DNA of 64,000 bases, from NCBI GenBank assembly GCA_964016885.1, contig OZ024741.1, forward strand, positions 385,888,001 to 385,952,000. Reading direction: 5' to 3'. The translations under genes and the position numbers were made by a program. Below are positions 1-11,945 of the stretch, in pieces (the first letter of the stretch is position 1; the number at the start of each line of letters is the position of its first letter). The notes below the pieces were generated by a model, which was not told the origin of the DNA, ran no database searches, and saw only the letters and a program-made list of their open reading frames with translations. Source of the stretch: Eledone cirrhosa. Lineage: Eukaryota.

Positions 1-704
1 CCTTTCCCATCATGCTCAGCCCAATGGAAATGACAGCCAAATCTCTTTCAAATTAAACACTACAATCTATATATAAATTTGAGTGGTTTCCATCTGTCAC
101 ACAATGTGTGTGTGTTTGTGTGAATGTATGTGTATAAAAGGAAGGAAGGAGATGGTGAAAAAACTATAGCAAAACAAGCAGCTGGTATTCCATTTTCTAC
201 GCTGTGTGTGTGTTTGTGTAAATGTATATGTGTGTGTTTGAGTGAATATATGTGTATTTGTGTGAATGTATGTCTGTGAGTGTGTATTTTTTGTAAGTGT
301 GTCTTTGCGCATTTATATTTATATACTCATACATATAAATGTATGCATATGCAAATACACACACGCACACACATATGCATCAGCATGTTGAAAATAATTC
401 TAGTCTTAAAAAAGGAAGGACATTGTCAGAGAATAAAAAGGGATGGTTATGGCTTGGAATACCTTTGGTCATAGGTCCGTTCATTGAGAGTTCATCAGGC
501 GCTAAACAACAATCATGTTGACCACATTACACTGTACACCTCATCTCCCACCATATCTAGGCCATGCATCCATCCAGTTACCTTTACACTACCCAGCCTT
601 CTAATTGCAAACCTGACATTTGTATCCAACTAACAAATGAATTTTCTATACAAACTCTTTCTACAAAAAATGTTCTACAAAAGCCCCTCTTTTCTCTATT
701 GTAG

Positions 705-900
705 TCTATGAAAAATGAGATTTACCAGATTTCCCGAACAGAGCAGAAATATGTTGACAATGATGAGCTTCTTAGTTACTTACACAAACCCCATCAAGCT
801 GAAACTAAATGGTCCAATGCACCTCTGGTACTACCAGAATCTGGCCAGGTTGTTCATGCTATTGAATCAGAGTATGTTCCAAAGTCAGCTGATGTTGCAA
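705..900 (+). CDS. VWA8: VWA8 internal exon (first in window): SMKNEIYQISR...PESGQVVHAIESEYVPKSADVA
   Basis: Polypyrimidine tract and gtag acceptor at 701-704, donor gtaagt at 901. Ends in phase 1 and joins the next exon in frame. SGQVV resembles the VWA8 SGQVVR segment. Confidence 0.8.
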
Positions 901-1046
901 GTAAGTAGATATTTCTAATGAAAGACCAATGTCTGAAACATAAACATTCTGTTATTACTTTTAATTGTTAAACAGATATACAGCTTTTTTTAATGTCTTC
1001 TTTGCTACTGATGTTTTCATCTTTTTCATCTCTATTTTATATTTAT

Positions 1047-1209
1047 GGTTTCTGATTTAGGCACAATGCCAATAACTTGGAGGGAAAGGGAAAGACGATT
1101 AAATCAATCCCAGTGCATTACTGGAACTTTATTTTATCGACTCCATAAGGATGAAAGTCAAAGTTAACCTCGGTGGGATTTGAAATCAGAACATAAAGGG
1201 CCGTAACTA
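1047..1209 (-). mobile_element. tRNA-derived SINE, family 1 (partial)
   Basis: Reverse complement of the copy at 1241-1449: B-box-like gttctgatttcaaatccc, ctttcatcctt, aaataaagt-ccagtaatgca, ttgtgcctaaa tail. Confidence 0.8.
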
Positions 1210-1240
1210 TATGTGTGTGTGTGCATATTATATATAATCT

Positions 1241-1449
1241 TGCAGTATCGGTAGAGCGTTTGACAACATGCTTTATGACACAGAGTTACGGCCCTTTATG
1301 TTCTGAGTTCAAATCCCGCCGAGGTTAGTATTGCCTTTCATCCTTATGGGGTCGGTGAAATAAAGTACCAGTAATGCATTGGGGCCGATTTAATCGACTT
1401 TTCCCTTCCCTTCAAATTACTGGCCTTGTGCCAAATTTAGAAACAATTA
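1241..1449 (+). mobile_element. tRNA-derived SINE, family 1
   Basis: ggtagagcg A-box-like and gagttcaaatccc B-box-like motifs. The same body recurs at about 8720-8925, 11415-11605, 27930-28140 (minus), 36935-37110 and 37125-37330. Confidence 0.8.
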
Positions 1450-1504
1450 TATATAATCTATATATTATATACACACATATATATAAATGTATTGTAAATT
1501 GCAG

Positions 1505-1586
1505 GAGAGGATCTGTTGGATGCTGCTGGTTTTCTTGAAATTGCTGATTTGGTGAACCAGAAGTTAAGATATTTGAAAGTACCCAG
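1505..1586 (+). CDS. VWA8: VWA8 exon: (R)EDLLDAAGFLEIADLVNQKLRYLKVP(S)
   Basis: ttgcag acceptor, gtgtgc donor at 1587, phases 1 and 2 consistent with neighbours. Resembles vertebrate VWA8 GYIEVTDLQSKKLRYIPIP. Confidence 0.9.
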
Positions 1587-1672
1587 GTGTGCAATCATTT
1601 TTGTATTGTTGTTGTTGTTGCTCAGGAATTGGGGGGCTACACATACAGACTCACTCATATATACGGATGAAT

Positions 1673-1709
<37 letters not shown>

Positions 1710-2427
1710 ATGGAACTTTTGGTGCTTGGTCCGATGAGTGGATGAAGTTCAAGAAGTCAATAATCTTGTCTCTCAATCAAAGGAGTAACTATATTATAAG
1801 TGGCTGAGTATTCCACAGACACCTGTACCTATAACACAGAATGAGCATCACACTGTGATAAGGCTAGATCCCTTCAAATTATAGTTACAGTCCAGTGTAT
1901 ATACTTCAGAATATATATATATATATATCACAGCAGTGTGCATATCAAAAGGCCTCCTTCAGTCATGATTGATCATGTATTTGCACTTGGAAAGTTCCTC
2001 TCTAGGGCACAAACCTAGGCAAGGTGTTCTGTTAAAGACTAACAGGTGCCCATACATGCAGATCTCCACTTACCACATCACTGATGTTGTTCAAGGGAAA
2101 GGCTAAGGCTGATACAGCTTGGCACCAGTATCATCAAAACTAATTTTTTCCAATTGAGTGAAATAAATTGCTTTGTTCAAGAACACAATGTACTGCCCAG
2201 TCAGGGAATTGAAGCTATGATCTTCAGATTGTCAGCTCAACACCCTAAACTCTAAACAATGCACCTTTATAGAATTCATAAATATCATTGCATCTAATTT
2301 TATTTTATGTTGCATCTAATTTCATCTCCCAATGCACTAAGGCACATGGTTAGGTAACCACTGCCCTAGAATGCTGTAACTGTTGTTGTTGTTATGATAA
2401 CAGAAACACATTTATGTTCTCTTTCAG

Positions 2428-2632
2428 CTCAGGACGTTCCCCACCATACAGTTTCTGGCTGATGCCATCCAATGAAATGGGTTTGAAATTAGCTTCACTT
2501 AGTGGTGAAGGCCTTGTAACTGTTGACTCCAGTGGTTGTGTACAACTGTGGGAGACATCATTGATTCATTTACAGCGTTCCCTCCAGGAATGGCGTAATA
2601 TGATTGGTTATGAAGACACACGCCCATTACAG
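2428..2632 (+). CDS. VWA8: VWA8 exon: SGRSPPYSFW...GLVTVDSSGCVQLWETSLIHLQRSLQEWRNMIGYEDTRPLQ
   Basis: tttcag acceptor, gtgatc donor at 2633. Matches the VWA8 motif GVVTVDxGGxxRLWETGLxxLQRSLxEWRNMIG. Confidence 0.93.
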
Positions 2633-2776
2633 GTGATCATGTTTGTTGTTTTTTGTTTTGTTGTTCTGTTTTTTCCCTTATTCTTTTGTGTATGTGTCTA
2701 GATACACACATACAGGAAAACATGGAAAAGCTGATGTAAAATGACGATGATTATTATATATATATATATATATATA

Positions 2777-2997
2777 GTCCACGCTGTAATGTGGCCGTGT
2801 AGGTAACACGGTAAAAAGTTCCCAGTTCCACACTGTAAATGTGGTTGGTGTTAGGAAGGGCATCCAGCCGTAGAAAACCTGCCAGATAGTCCTATATGAG
2901 CAAGACACGGTCACCCGACCAACCTTGCCTGAAGTGGGACAACTCCCGTCTAACCCATGCTAGCATGGAAGATGGACATTAAATGAAGATGATGATA
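2777..2997 (+). mobile_element. RTE-LINE 3' UTR fragment (family A-like) after (TA)n
   Basis: Aligns by eye to 41870-42085 (gtccacgctgtaatgtggccgtgtagg...ggtgttaggaagggcatcc...gatgatgat). Confidence 0.8.
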
Positions 2998-3419
2998 TAT
3001 ATACATACATACATGCACATATACATATATACACATATCATCACCATTTAACATCCATTTTTCCATTCTTCCATGAGTTTGACAGGATGTTCATGTTATG
3101 AGATAAGTTTGACCAGTTGTCCTCATCATACCCTGCTCACAGCAGAGCCATAGTTTGGGAGCTAGGTGGCCCCATTATGAGGGAGGTCTGACCAGTTGGC
3201 TGTACCATGCCTTACCCATAGTGGAGCTGTGTTATTGGGTGGTCCTATGTTATGGGAGCTGGGTGGTCCTATGTTATGAGAGAGTTCTTGCTGATTAGCT
3301 GCACTGGGACCTGTGTTGCTCATAGTGGGACTATGTTTTTGGCTGAGATTTCAAGACAGCTTGATGCCCTTCTTAAAGCACAAGTCATGTTTATAGTGTG
3401 GGTTTAGTTGGGTTGTCAA

Positions 3420-4890
3420 TTCGGGTCTTTTGTCATACTTCATAGTGCCAGGTGACTTGGTCCTGTGTCATCTCGAACGAGAGGTTCAACTGAGCCAGAT
3501 CAGCCTTTATCGTTTCATCATACATCTTTTGAGGCACCCTACAACCTCAAGCATCTTTTCATACAGCTGTCATGCTTCATGTGCATCACATGTCCTTACC
3601 ACTGCCATCTTCTCTCCTGCACGCACCATTTGGTCCCTCTTATGCCCAGTTTTGCTCTCAATTCATTTACATTTTGTTCTTTATGCACACTACTGTTACA
3701 CATCCAGAACATTCAGGCTTTATTTCTTTCTAATCTTTGTAGATCCTTGGCATGCAGTACTCATGTTTTGCTTCCATGTAGCATTGCTATTCACACAAGC
3801 ATCGTACGGCTTGCCTTTTATCTTGAATGACAAACCTTTTGTAGCTAGCAATGGCAGCAACTCCCTAAACTTTTTCCATTCCGTCCTTACTCTGGCAACT
3901 GTACTTTCTGCTAATTTGGTTACCCAAGTAACAGAAGCTATCAACTATTTCTATAGGGTCCTCTGAGAGTCTTTGCTTACTTCCCCTGTGCAACGTCCAC
4001 ATATGAAGTCTGTGTTTTTTGCTAGCCTACCTGATTTCCCACTACACCTCTTGTGTACCTACAACTTATGTTTAGGACATAGGATTGGGTTTCTACCTAC
4101 ACTTTTCTTGCATACAGAACCCTGTTTTCTTTCCTGCCCATTAGGATTTTGGTCTTTTATTTCTAAACTGTGCTTCCATATCTGAAATTTCTTTTCTAAA
4201 CCTGTTATAGATTCAGCTATGAGGGTCAGGTCATAGGAGTTTCCATGGGTCAACTAATCTTAAATTCCTCTGTTATAGCCTGGAGGACAATAATGAAGAG
4301 GTGGCTAAGAATGGAGCCTGGTGAACCCCCACTTGTACACTGAATTCTTCACTACTCATTGTTAATTTTAACTTTGCTGGTGCCCCCGCCCCTGTACATG
4401 GCTTGTACTGCTCTCACAAGCCACTTATCTACCCCCTGTTTTCTGAGGGCCCACCAGGTTATAGATTGAGGGACTCTGTCAAAAGCTTTTTCTAGGTCCA
4501 TGAATGCTAAGTAGAGCAGCTTGCTTTTAATCAAGTACTTCTGCATTTGTTTCACAAGGAAGAGGGCCTCACAAATCCAAACTGCATCTCATCTAGATAT
4601 ATACGATCTCTAATTAGTTGTGCGATGATTCTTTCTATAACTTTCATGATCTGATAGATCAGCTTTATGCTTCTGTAGTTACTTCTCTTTAGGGTGTCCC
4701 TTTTCTCTTGTAACAATTGACAATGCTGCTGCTATGCCAGTTCTTGGGAATGACACTGTTCTATATTACTTGGTTTATGACAAGGGTGGTTTGGGGTGTG
4801 CAGATTTTTTCATCATCTCAGCAACTATTCCCAATGGTCCAGCTACTTTTCCTGTTTTTGTGTTCTTAATTACCTTACTTACTAAGCTGC
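3420..4890 (-). pseudogene. Degenerate RTE-clade LINE (RT, PHD and C-terminal fragments)
   Basis: Minus-strand ORF pieces [48 protein letters not shown], homologous to the 38474-41704 ORF but with many stops and frameshifts. Confidence 0.88.
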
Positions 4891-5044
4891 TGCTTACTCG
4901 TACAGTTGGACACAGGCGTCATACAGTTGTCCTTTTGTATGTATGGAGAAACCTTTTGTTGTCAACAGTCGGGGTAGCTCTCTAAACTTCTTCATCCTAT
5001 CCTTATTCTAGCTATTATGCACTCAGAGTACCCTCCTCCGCTGC

Positions 5045-6790
5045 TGATTAAGCCACCTAGATAGCAGAAGCTATCAACTACATCTATGGACCCTTCCTGT
5101 GACTTGAAGAGGTTTATATCACTACCGCTCTTCCCTTTAGTTACTCCTGTGCATCTTCTACATACAGTCTTCCTTTCCTGTTAATCTACCTGTTACTCCA
5201 CTACATCTCTTGTGTACCCACGATTTACATTGTGTACACCGTATGGAGTTTATGCCTACTCCTTTCTACATATGGAGCAGGGCCACTTGTCCAAATGGAT
5301 GAGAGTCTTATCTTCTTTTCTACTCATTAGCACTTTAGGTTTGGCGAAGTTTACTCTCAGACCTTTTGATTTCAAATTCCGTTTCCATAGTCAGAACTTA
5401 TTTTCTAGTTCTTTTATGGATTCAGCTCTATGGACCAATTAATCTACATAGAGAACTTCCCATGGGCAGCCTGTTTTAAACTCCTCTGCTATAGCCTGGA
5501 CAATTATGATGAACAGCAGTGGGCTAAGAGCTGAGCCTTGATGAACTCCTACTTGTACCTTAAATTTCTCACTAAACTCCTTTTCTACTCTCACTTCACT
5601 GACAGCTCCTCTGTATATGGCTTGCACTGCTTCCACAAACCATTCTTCTACACTTAATTTCCATAAGGACCACTAGATAATAGATTGAGGTACTCAAAAG
5701 CTAAATATAGTGGCTTATTCTTGGCTAGGAACTTCTCCCAGGCATGAAACCAAACTGCATCTCGTCTAATTTGACTCTAATTAGTTGTGCTAGAACTGTT
5801 ACCGTCACTTTCATAACTTGGTCCATTAGTTTTATTCCTCTATAGTTGCTCCTCTCTAGAGCATCACCTTTGCCCTTGTAGCAATTTATTATTGTACTGC
5901 TGTGCCAGTTATTGGGTGTGACTTCATCTTGTATTACCTGATTGACTATGCACATTACTAGCTCGACTCCTACTTCTCATGCAACTATCAGCAATTATCT
6001 CTGACGGTTAGGCAGCTTTACCATTATTCATCTCTTTGATTGCTTCTTTGACCCTATAACTGTCAACTTCAATAGCTGGTCCTTCTGTTGGGTAAGTTGG
6101 GTGTAGTTTCTTTTCTTCCCATTCATTCTCTACATTCATCAATCTCTCATAGTAACATCTCCAGCTTCTTTCTTTTGGGCATCTGTAGTGCTAAATATAC
6201 TGGTGACGTTTCTAACACACTTTTCCCCAATAACATCATTTATTCACATTGACACACTGCCTTGCAATGTGAAACATTTCATGTCCCTGGTTCTCGCATC
6301 TCAAGACATTGGCAAAAATTTCTTTTTTCAGCCTCTCTCTGAGCTGTGTATACCTGTTGTCTAGCTTCTCTCTTAGCTACTTAGTACTGGTCTCTGCTAC
6401 TCCCATTTTTCCAGTCTTTCCAAGCCTGTCTCATGGTTTTAATGGTTCTCTCTACTGTACTGTTCCACCACCAGGTCACCCTCTGTTTGGCTGGGGCTCT
6501 ACTCCAGCCACAAGTATCATCAGTAGTTTGCAAAAGGTTATCACATAGGAATTTTCAGTTGTCTTCTACATTATATGTATCAAACTTGTCACCCCTCTCA
6601 TCTACTGCATCCTGTAGGGCCTTCCTAAACTTATATTTAATTGAAAGGTTCTTTAGCTTCCAAAGCCTCTATCTCCCTATTTTCCTGCATATCTTGTTCT
6701 GTCTTGTGTTTATTTTGATGTCGCTAATAACTAATTTGTGTTGGGCGGTGCACTTTTTCCCAGGGAAGGCCTTAGTGTTTATTACCATCT
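5045..6790 (-). pseudogene. Second degenerate RTE-clade LINE fragment
   Basis: Minus-strand pieces [53 protein letters not shown]; disrupted. Confidence 0.88.
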
Positions 6791-6826
6791 GTAATATATA
6801 TATACATACATATATATGTATATTAT

Positions 6827-7404
6827 CGGTTACGCTGGTATGCCATAAGAGGAATCAAATGCTGCGTGCAGGAGAGGCGGTTACGCTGGTATGGACATGT
6901 GATGCGTATGAAGGATGACAGCTGCATAAAAAGGTGCAGAGCACTAGAAGTTGATGGAAACCGCGGAGTGGGGAGACCCAAGATGACTTGGGATGAGGTG
7001 ATAAAAGCTGACCTTACCCAACTACACCTCTCAAAGTCAATGACACACGACCGTGACTTCTGGCGTCACGCAGTAATACAGGGTACCCGACCTCCCATGG
7101 GTACATGCTGAAGCATATAAACAATATGCCCCCACTCCCCCCACCGCAAGGTGGTCGTGGAGGTGCCACGGCAAAAAAGCACCCAGCCCACACTGTAAAG
7201 TGGACGTGTAGGCGCCACGAAAAAGCACCCAGCACTCACTGTAAATGAGGTTGGTGTTAGGAAGGGCATCCAGCTGTAGAAATCAAGCCAGATCAGTTCC
7301 TGTATGAGCAAGGCATGGTCAGCCGACCAGACACTGCCCACAACAGGACAACCCGTCTAACCCATGCTAGCGTGGAAGAACGGACGTAAAACGGTGATGA
7401 TGAT
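6827..7404 (+). mobile_element. Young 5'-truncated RTE LINE, family B 3' end
   Basis: Nearly identical to 30678-31250 ([14 protein letters not shown]...GTRPPMGTC plus 3' UTR and gatgatgat tail). Confidence 0.93.
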
Positions 7405-7603
7405 TATCATTATCATTATTTAATATCCGCTTTCCCTGCTAGCAAGGGTTAGGCAGGTTTACATAGACTGAGTCAGTACTGAAGCAGAGCTACAGATCTC
7501 CCAGACAGGCTGAGGTATATGCATCCTGCTTACCTATGATCATACATTCTATTGAGTGCAGAGGAGAAATTGTCGTGTCTTTTGACACAAACTAAAGCCT
7601 CCT

Positions 7604-7634
<31 letters not shown>

Positions 7635-8979
7635 CTGTAATACAAGTTTGGTAGAAATATCCAAGGGTAAGAGCACTCAGTCCATAGGACGAGTTAAGTG
7701 TAATTAGTTATACCAGTGACATATATAGGTACTTAAATTTTGTTGGGTTATATACCCCAATTCATTAAGCCTGTTATATAAACAAAGATGGCTACCCCCC
7801 ACAGAACATTTTTTGAAGGGGGAGGGGACTTGTATTGTGCAAAATTGCCCCCTTTCTATTTTTTTTTTTATAGTTACCTTTTACATTATCTAAAATATTT
7901 GTCTATTTATAGCTAAATTCGAGATTATCTGCCCTTGAAGAGCTCTCCTGTATTTTCTAAGAATTAAAAAAAATATTCTGTGGGGGTAGCCATCTTTGTT
8001 TATATAACATGCAAAATGAGCTTTGGTGTGTAACCCAATGAAACCTAGTACCTGTATATGTCACTGCAAATGTGGTTAGTATTAGGAAGGGCATCCAGCT
8101 GTAAAAATCCCGGCCAAATTTACAGTTCTGTCTGAGTAAGATACGGCACAGCCAATCTGGCCAGACTTGTCTCATGATGTGGACGACCCGTTTAACCCAT
8201 GCAAACATGGAAAATGGACATTAAATGGTGATGATTATGATATATATATACAGAGAGAGAGATAGAGAGAGAGAGGTGTTCAGAGGACTCTTCAGTAACT
8301 TCAAGAATACAACATTCTAGTGCTGGTACCATAATAAAATGCATTCAGTACACTCTCTAAAGTGGTTAATGTTAGGAAGAGCATCCAGCTTTAGAAATCA
8401 TATTGAAACTGGAAGCTATACTTATGAGGTGTGATCCCCAGCCTAACTAGTAGAGAATAGCTTTGATTAAGTAGTAACTTGGACTGTAAGGATCTGTCCA
8501 ACCCATGCCAGCAATGGAAAAGTAGGCATAAAAAGATGATAATGATAATGTACCAGTGTCCTACAGGGTCTTTGTAACCTGGCAGAAGCTTTTGAAATTT
8601 TAGTGTTGTAATTGTTTGGCAAGTGATTTAACTTGAAACCATGTGTAGAAGGTCCATTTTAGCCATTTGAAAACACACACAAAAGCTGTTACATTCATTT
8701 TTCATTATTTCATTATACCAGTGGATTGCCAATATTGATAGAGCACAGGACACCATGCTTCATAGCATAGAGTTATGTCCCTTTACATTTAGAATTCAAA
8801 TCCCACCGAGGTTAGCTTTGTCTTTCATCCTTGATAAAATAAAGCACCAGTAATGCATTGGGGTCGATTTAATCAACTTTCCTCTCCTCCCCAAATTGTT
8901 AGCTTTGTTCCTATATCAGGAACCATCATAAAGGGCGAAGGATTGGCAGTATTGGTAGAGCATTGGACACCATGCGATA

Positions 8980-9373
8980 AAAAAATTAACTTGCAGGTCC
9001 CTCTCTCTTCTTCCCTTACCAAGGGGGATGATGGGAAGACCAGACTGCCAGGCCTGTGACTGGAAATAAGAAGTGTATCCTCTATTAAAGTATTAAAACC
9101 TGCAAACCAGCGTCAGTGATGAACAGATAAGTTAAACGCACACACGCGAAATTATTTTTATTTCTCTCTCCATTGATACTGGTAAAATAATACCCATTGT
9201 AATGGGTACCGCTAGCGCCAGTGGTTTATCCCTTCCAACACTATCTTATTTTATTTAAAAACAGTGATAGAAAAAATAACTTGAAGGTCCCTCTCCCTCC
9301 TTCCTTTACCAAGGGTGATGATGGGAAGACCAGACTGCCAGGCCTGTGACTGGAAATAAGAAGTGCATCCTCA
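8980..9373 (+). repeat. ~100-bp dispersed direct repeat (8980-9083 and 9271-9373)
   Basis: ggtccctctc...accaaggg-gatgatgggaagaccagactgccaggcctgtgactggaaataagaagtg occurs twice. Confidence 0.8.
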
Positions 9374-10076
9374 ATTCAAGTTGTGTTAGAATTGTATCAG
9401 TAACCAGGTTATAAAGTGTGTGGTGAAAATGTTGACAACACAAAATAAACGAAAGTGAACGTAACAGCTTTTCTGTTTATTTTTAAATGGCTACATTGAT
9501 TCTTCTACAATGTAGTTGCTTTTTTCTTCTTTTTTTACATCTAACTGAACTCTGATTCTTGTGTTTACAGTATTGTGATATGTTTAGTGTTCCTTCCTCA
9601 TGTGACTTAGTGGTTAGAGAACTGGATTTACAATTGTGAGGTTGTGAGTTTGATTCCTAGATGGAGTGATGCATCATGTCCTTGAGAAAGACACTTTATT
9701 TCATGTTGCTCCCTCTGACAGGAGTTGCAACTGGTAGATAGTATCAGTAATAGAAAGACCAATGGAAACATTGTTTTCTTAGTTTGATTTGATGATTTCC
9801 ACTCCAGTGGGTAAGCAAATGAGGTTTGGGATCTTGTTGATCAATTCCTTTGTGTTCCTTCCTAACACCACTAAATATGCTCGTACAATAACAATAAGCC
9901 AATAAGGGAGTCTCTGTGCAATCACTCAATGTGTTAGAAATAGTTAATCATTTTCTCTCAAAGTGATGCCCTACCGTTTTCCATCATCATCATCACCACC
10001 ACCACAAAAAAAAGCTTACACAAAAAAAAAAAAAGAAATTAACTGATTTGGTAAATAATTATATTTTATTTTACAG

Positions 10077-10185
10077 ATTAATTATGATCGAGACAGTAAC
10101 AAGCCAGTTGATTCTCCTAAACATGGGAAAATAGATCCTGATAACACCCCACATGTTGGGGGAAATACCTGGGCTGGAGGAACTG
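10077..10185 (+). CDS. VWA8: VWA8 exon: INYDRDSNKPVDSPKHGKIDPDNTPHVGGNTWAGGT(G)
   Basis: ttacag acceptor, gtaaat donor. Contains the diagnostic VWA8 motif PKHGKxDPxNxPHVGGNTWAGGTGG. Confidence 0.96.
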
Positions 10186-11607
10186 GTAAATATACATACA
10201 TACACATACATATATACATACATACATACATACACATACATATATACATACATACACATACATATATACATATACATACATGATGGCTGCAAACTCTGCT
10301 AAGAGTATTGCAATCGCTTGTCAGATTATAGAGTTTGGTGCACTTTTAGGCTACGGCCAGCCACATGAACCTGTAACATATCCTGAACAAGCAATGCCTG
10401 TGCTTTGAGGGTTTTTTAAATGGGGAAAGGCCTTGCACTTGACCAATCCCACTCTCTGAACATTGAAAACACTACCCGGAAAGAGAACTGGTCAACATCA
10501 TCGGATGCTTTTAAAGCCGCAGGTTTTTTTTAGAGTTTTCCTCTCCTACAAAGGTGTTGTGACAACAACTGGGGGCCTTTCACTCCCAGGTGAAAAAAAC
10601 CCAACAAAATACTATTTGGATGGCTGTTGACTCGGCTGAGTTCCTCTGCCCTTTGCTGGGTCTTGTGTTTCATCTCGCAGGGTGTCCAAATATCACCCTC
10701 CTCACCAAGCAAGCCTGGTGGGGTTGCTGGTTTAGTCGCCGATGACACGACCATGATACATACATATATACATACATACATATATACATACATATGTACG
10801 TATGTACTTACATATGTATGTACATATGTAAGTACATACATACATATATACACACACACATACGTATGTATCAGGAGCGAAAGGTCTGTGCATGCAACGC
10901 ATGCGTTATAGAATCTTGAGTTGATCAATTGTGTCGGCTGAAGCAAGCAGAATTTTGGCTGCTTACTAAAACGTATAGACACAAAAAAAGATAACACACA
11001 CACACACACACAAACACATACACACAAACACACGACAGCTTTGGGACAAGCAGAATTTTGACTGCTTACTTAATCGTAGACACATAAAAAGATTACACAC
11101 ACACACACACACTAAATAACACTACATGCGGCTTTGACCGGGAGGGTCATTTAGAGGGAATTGGGGGAGGGGGGTAAGGCTGCACAGCCCCACTTTCCGC
11201 TATGGCGATTGGACTGCATGCCCTGCTTTCCAGGTGACCCTTCGCCACTGGTATGTATGTATACTGTATTTATTTTTTTCTGGAATTCCAGTCCAATGTA
11301 AATTTTTCTGCTAATGTTCAAACTAAACATCAACTGAATGGAGCTTAGCATACTGTGAGTTGATAGAAAGGTCACCACCTATCTGGGAGTGGCTGGAGGT
11401 CATTATTACCACCAGGGTGGTGAATTGGTAGTATTGATAGAGCATCAGACACCATGCTTTGAAGCATAGAGTTATGGCCCTTTACGTTCTGAGTTCAAAT
11501 CCTACCGAGGTTAACTTTGCCTTTCATCCTTACGGGGTTGATAAAATAAAGTACCAGCAATGCACTCGGGTATTTGCTGGCCTTGTGCCAAAAGTAGAAA
11601 CAATTAT

Positions 11608-11945
11608 GACCACCACCCATCTGGGAGTGGCTAGAAATGTCATTACTGCTGCCATCTGGGAGTGGCTACACAAGCCATTATTCCCACCACCCACCTGGGA
11701 GAGGCTACAAATGTCATTATTCCCACCACCCACCTGGGAGAGGCTACAAATGTCATTATTCCCACCACCCACCTGGGAGTGGCTACAAATGTCATTATTC
11801 CCACCACCCACCTGGGAGTGGCTACAAATGTCATTATTCCAACCACCCACCTGGGAGTGGCTACAAATGTCATTATTCCCACCACCCACCTGGGAGTGGC
11901 TACAAATGTCATTATTCCAACCACCCATCTAAAAGTGGCCACAAA
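11608..11945 (+). repeat. 39-bp minisatellite, about 8 copies (caccacccacctgggagtggctacaaatgtcattattcc)
   Basis: Visible tandem unit that produces 13-aa periodic ORFs. A further degenerate unit at about 11373-11412 is separated from it by a SINE insertion. Confidence 0.93.

Noticed and set aside
10295-10755. Possible 5' UTR of an RTE-type element with an HDV-like ribozyme (minus strand)
   Set aside because: It looks like a repeat fragment, but I could not build the nested double pseudoknot by eye, so it is unsupported.
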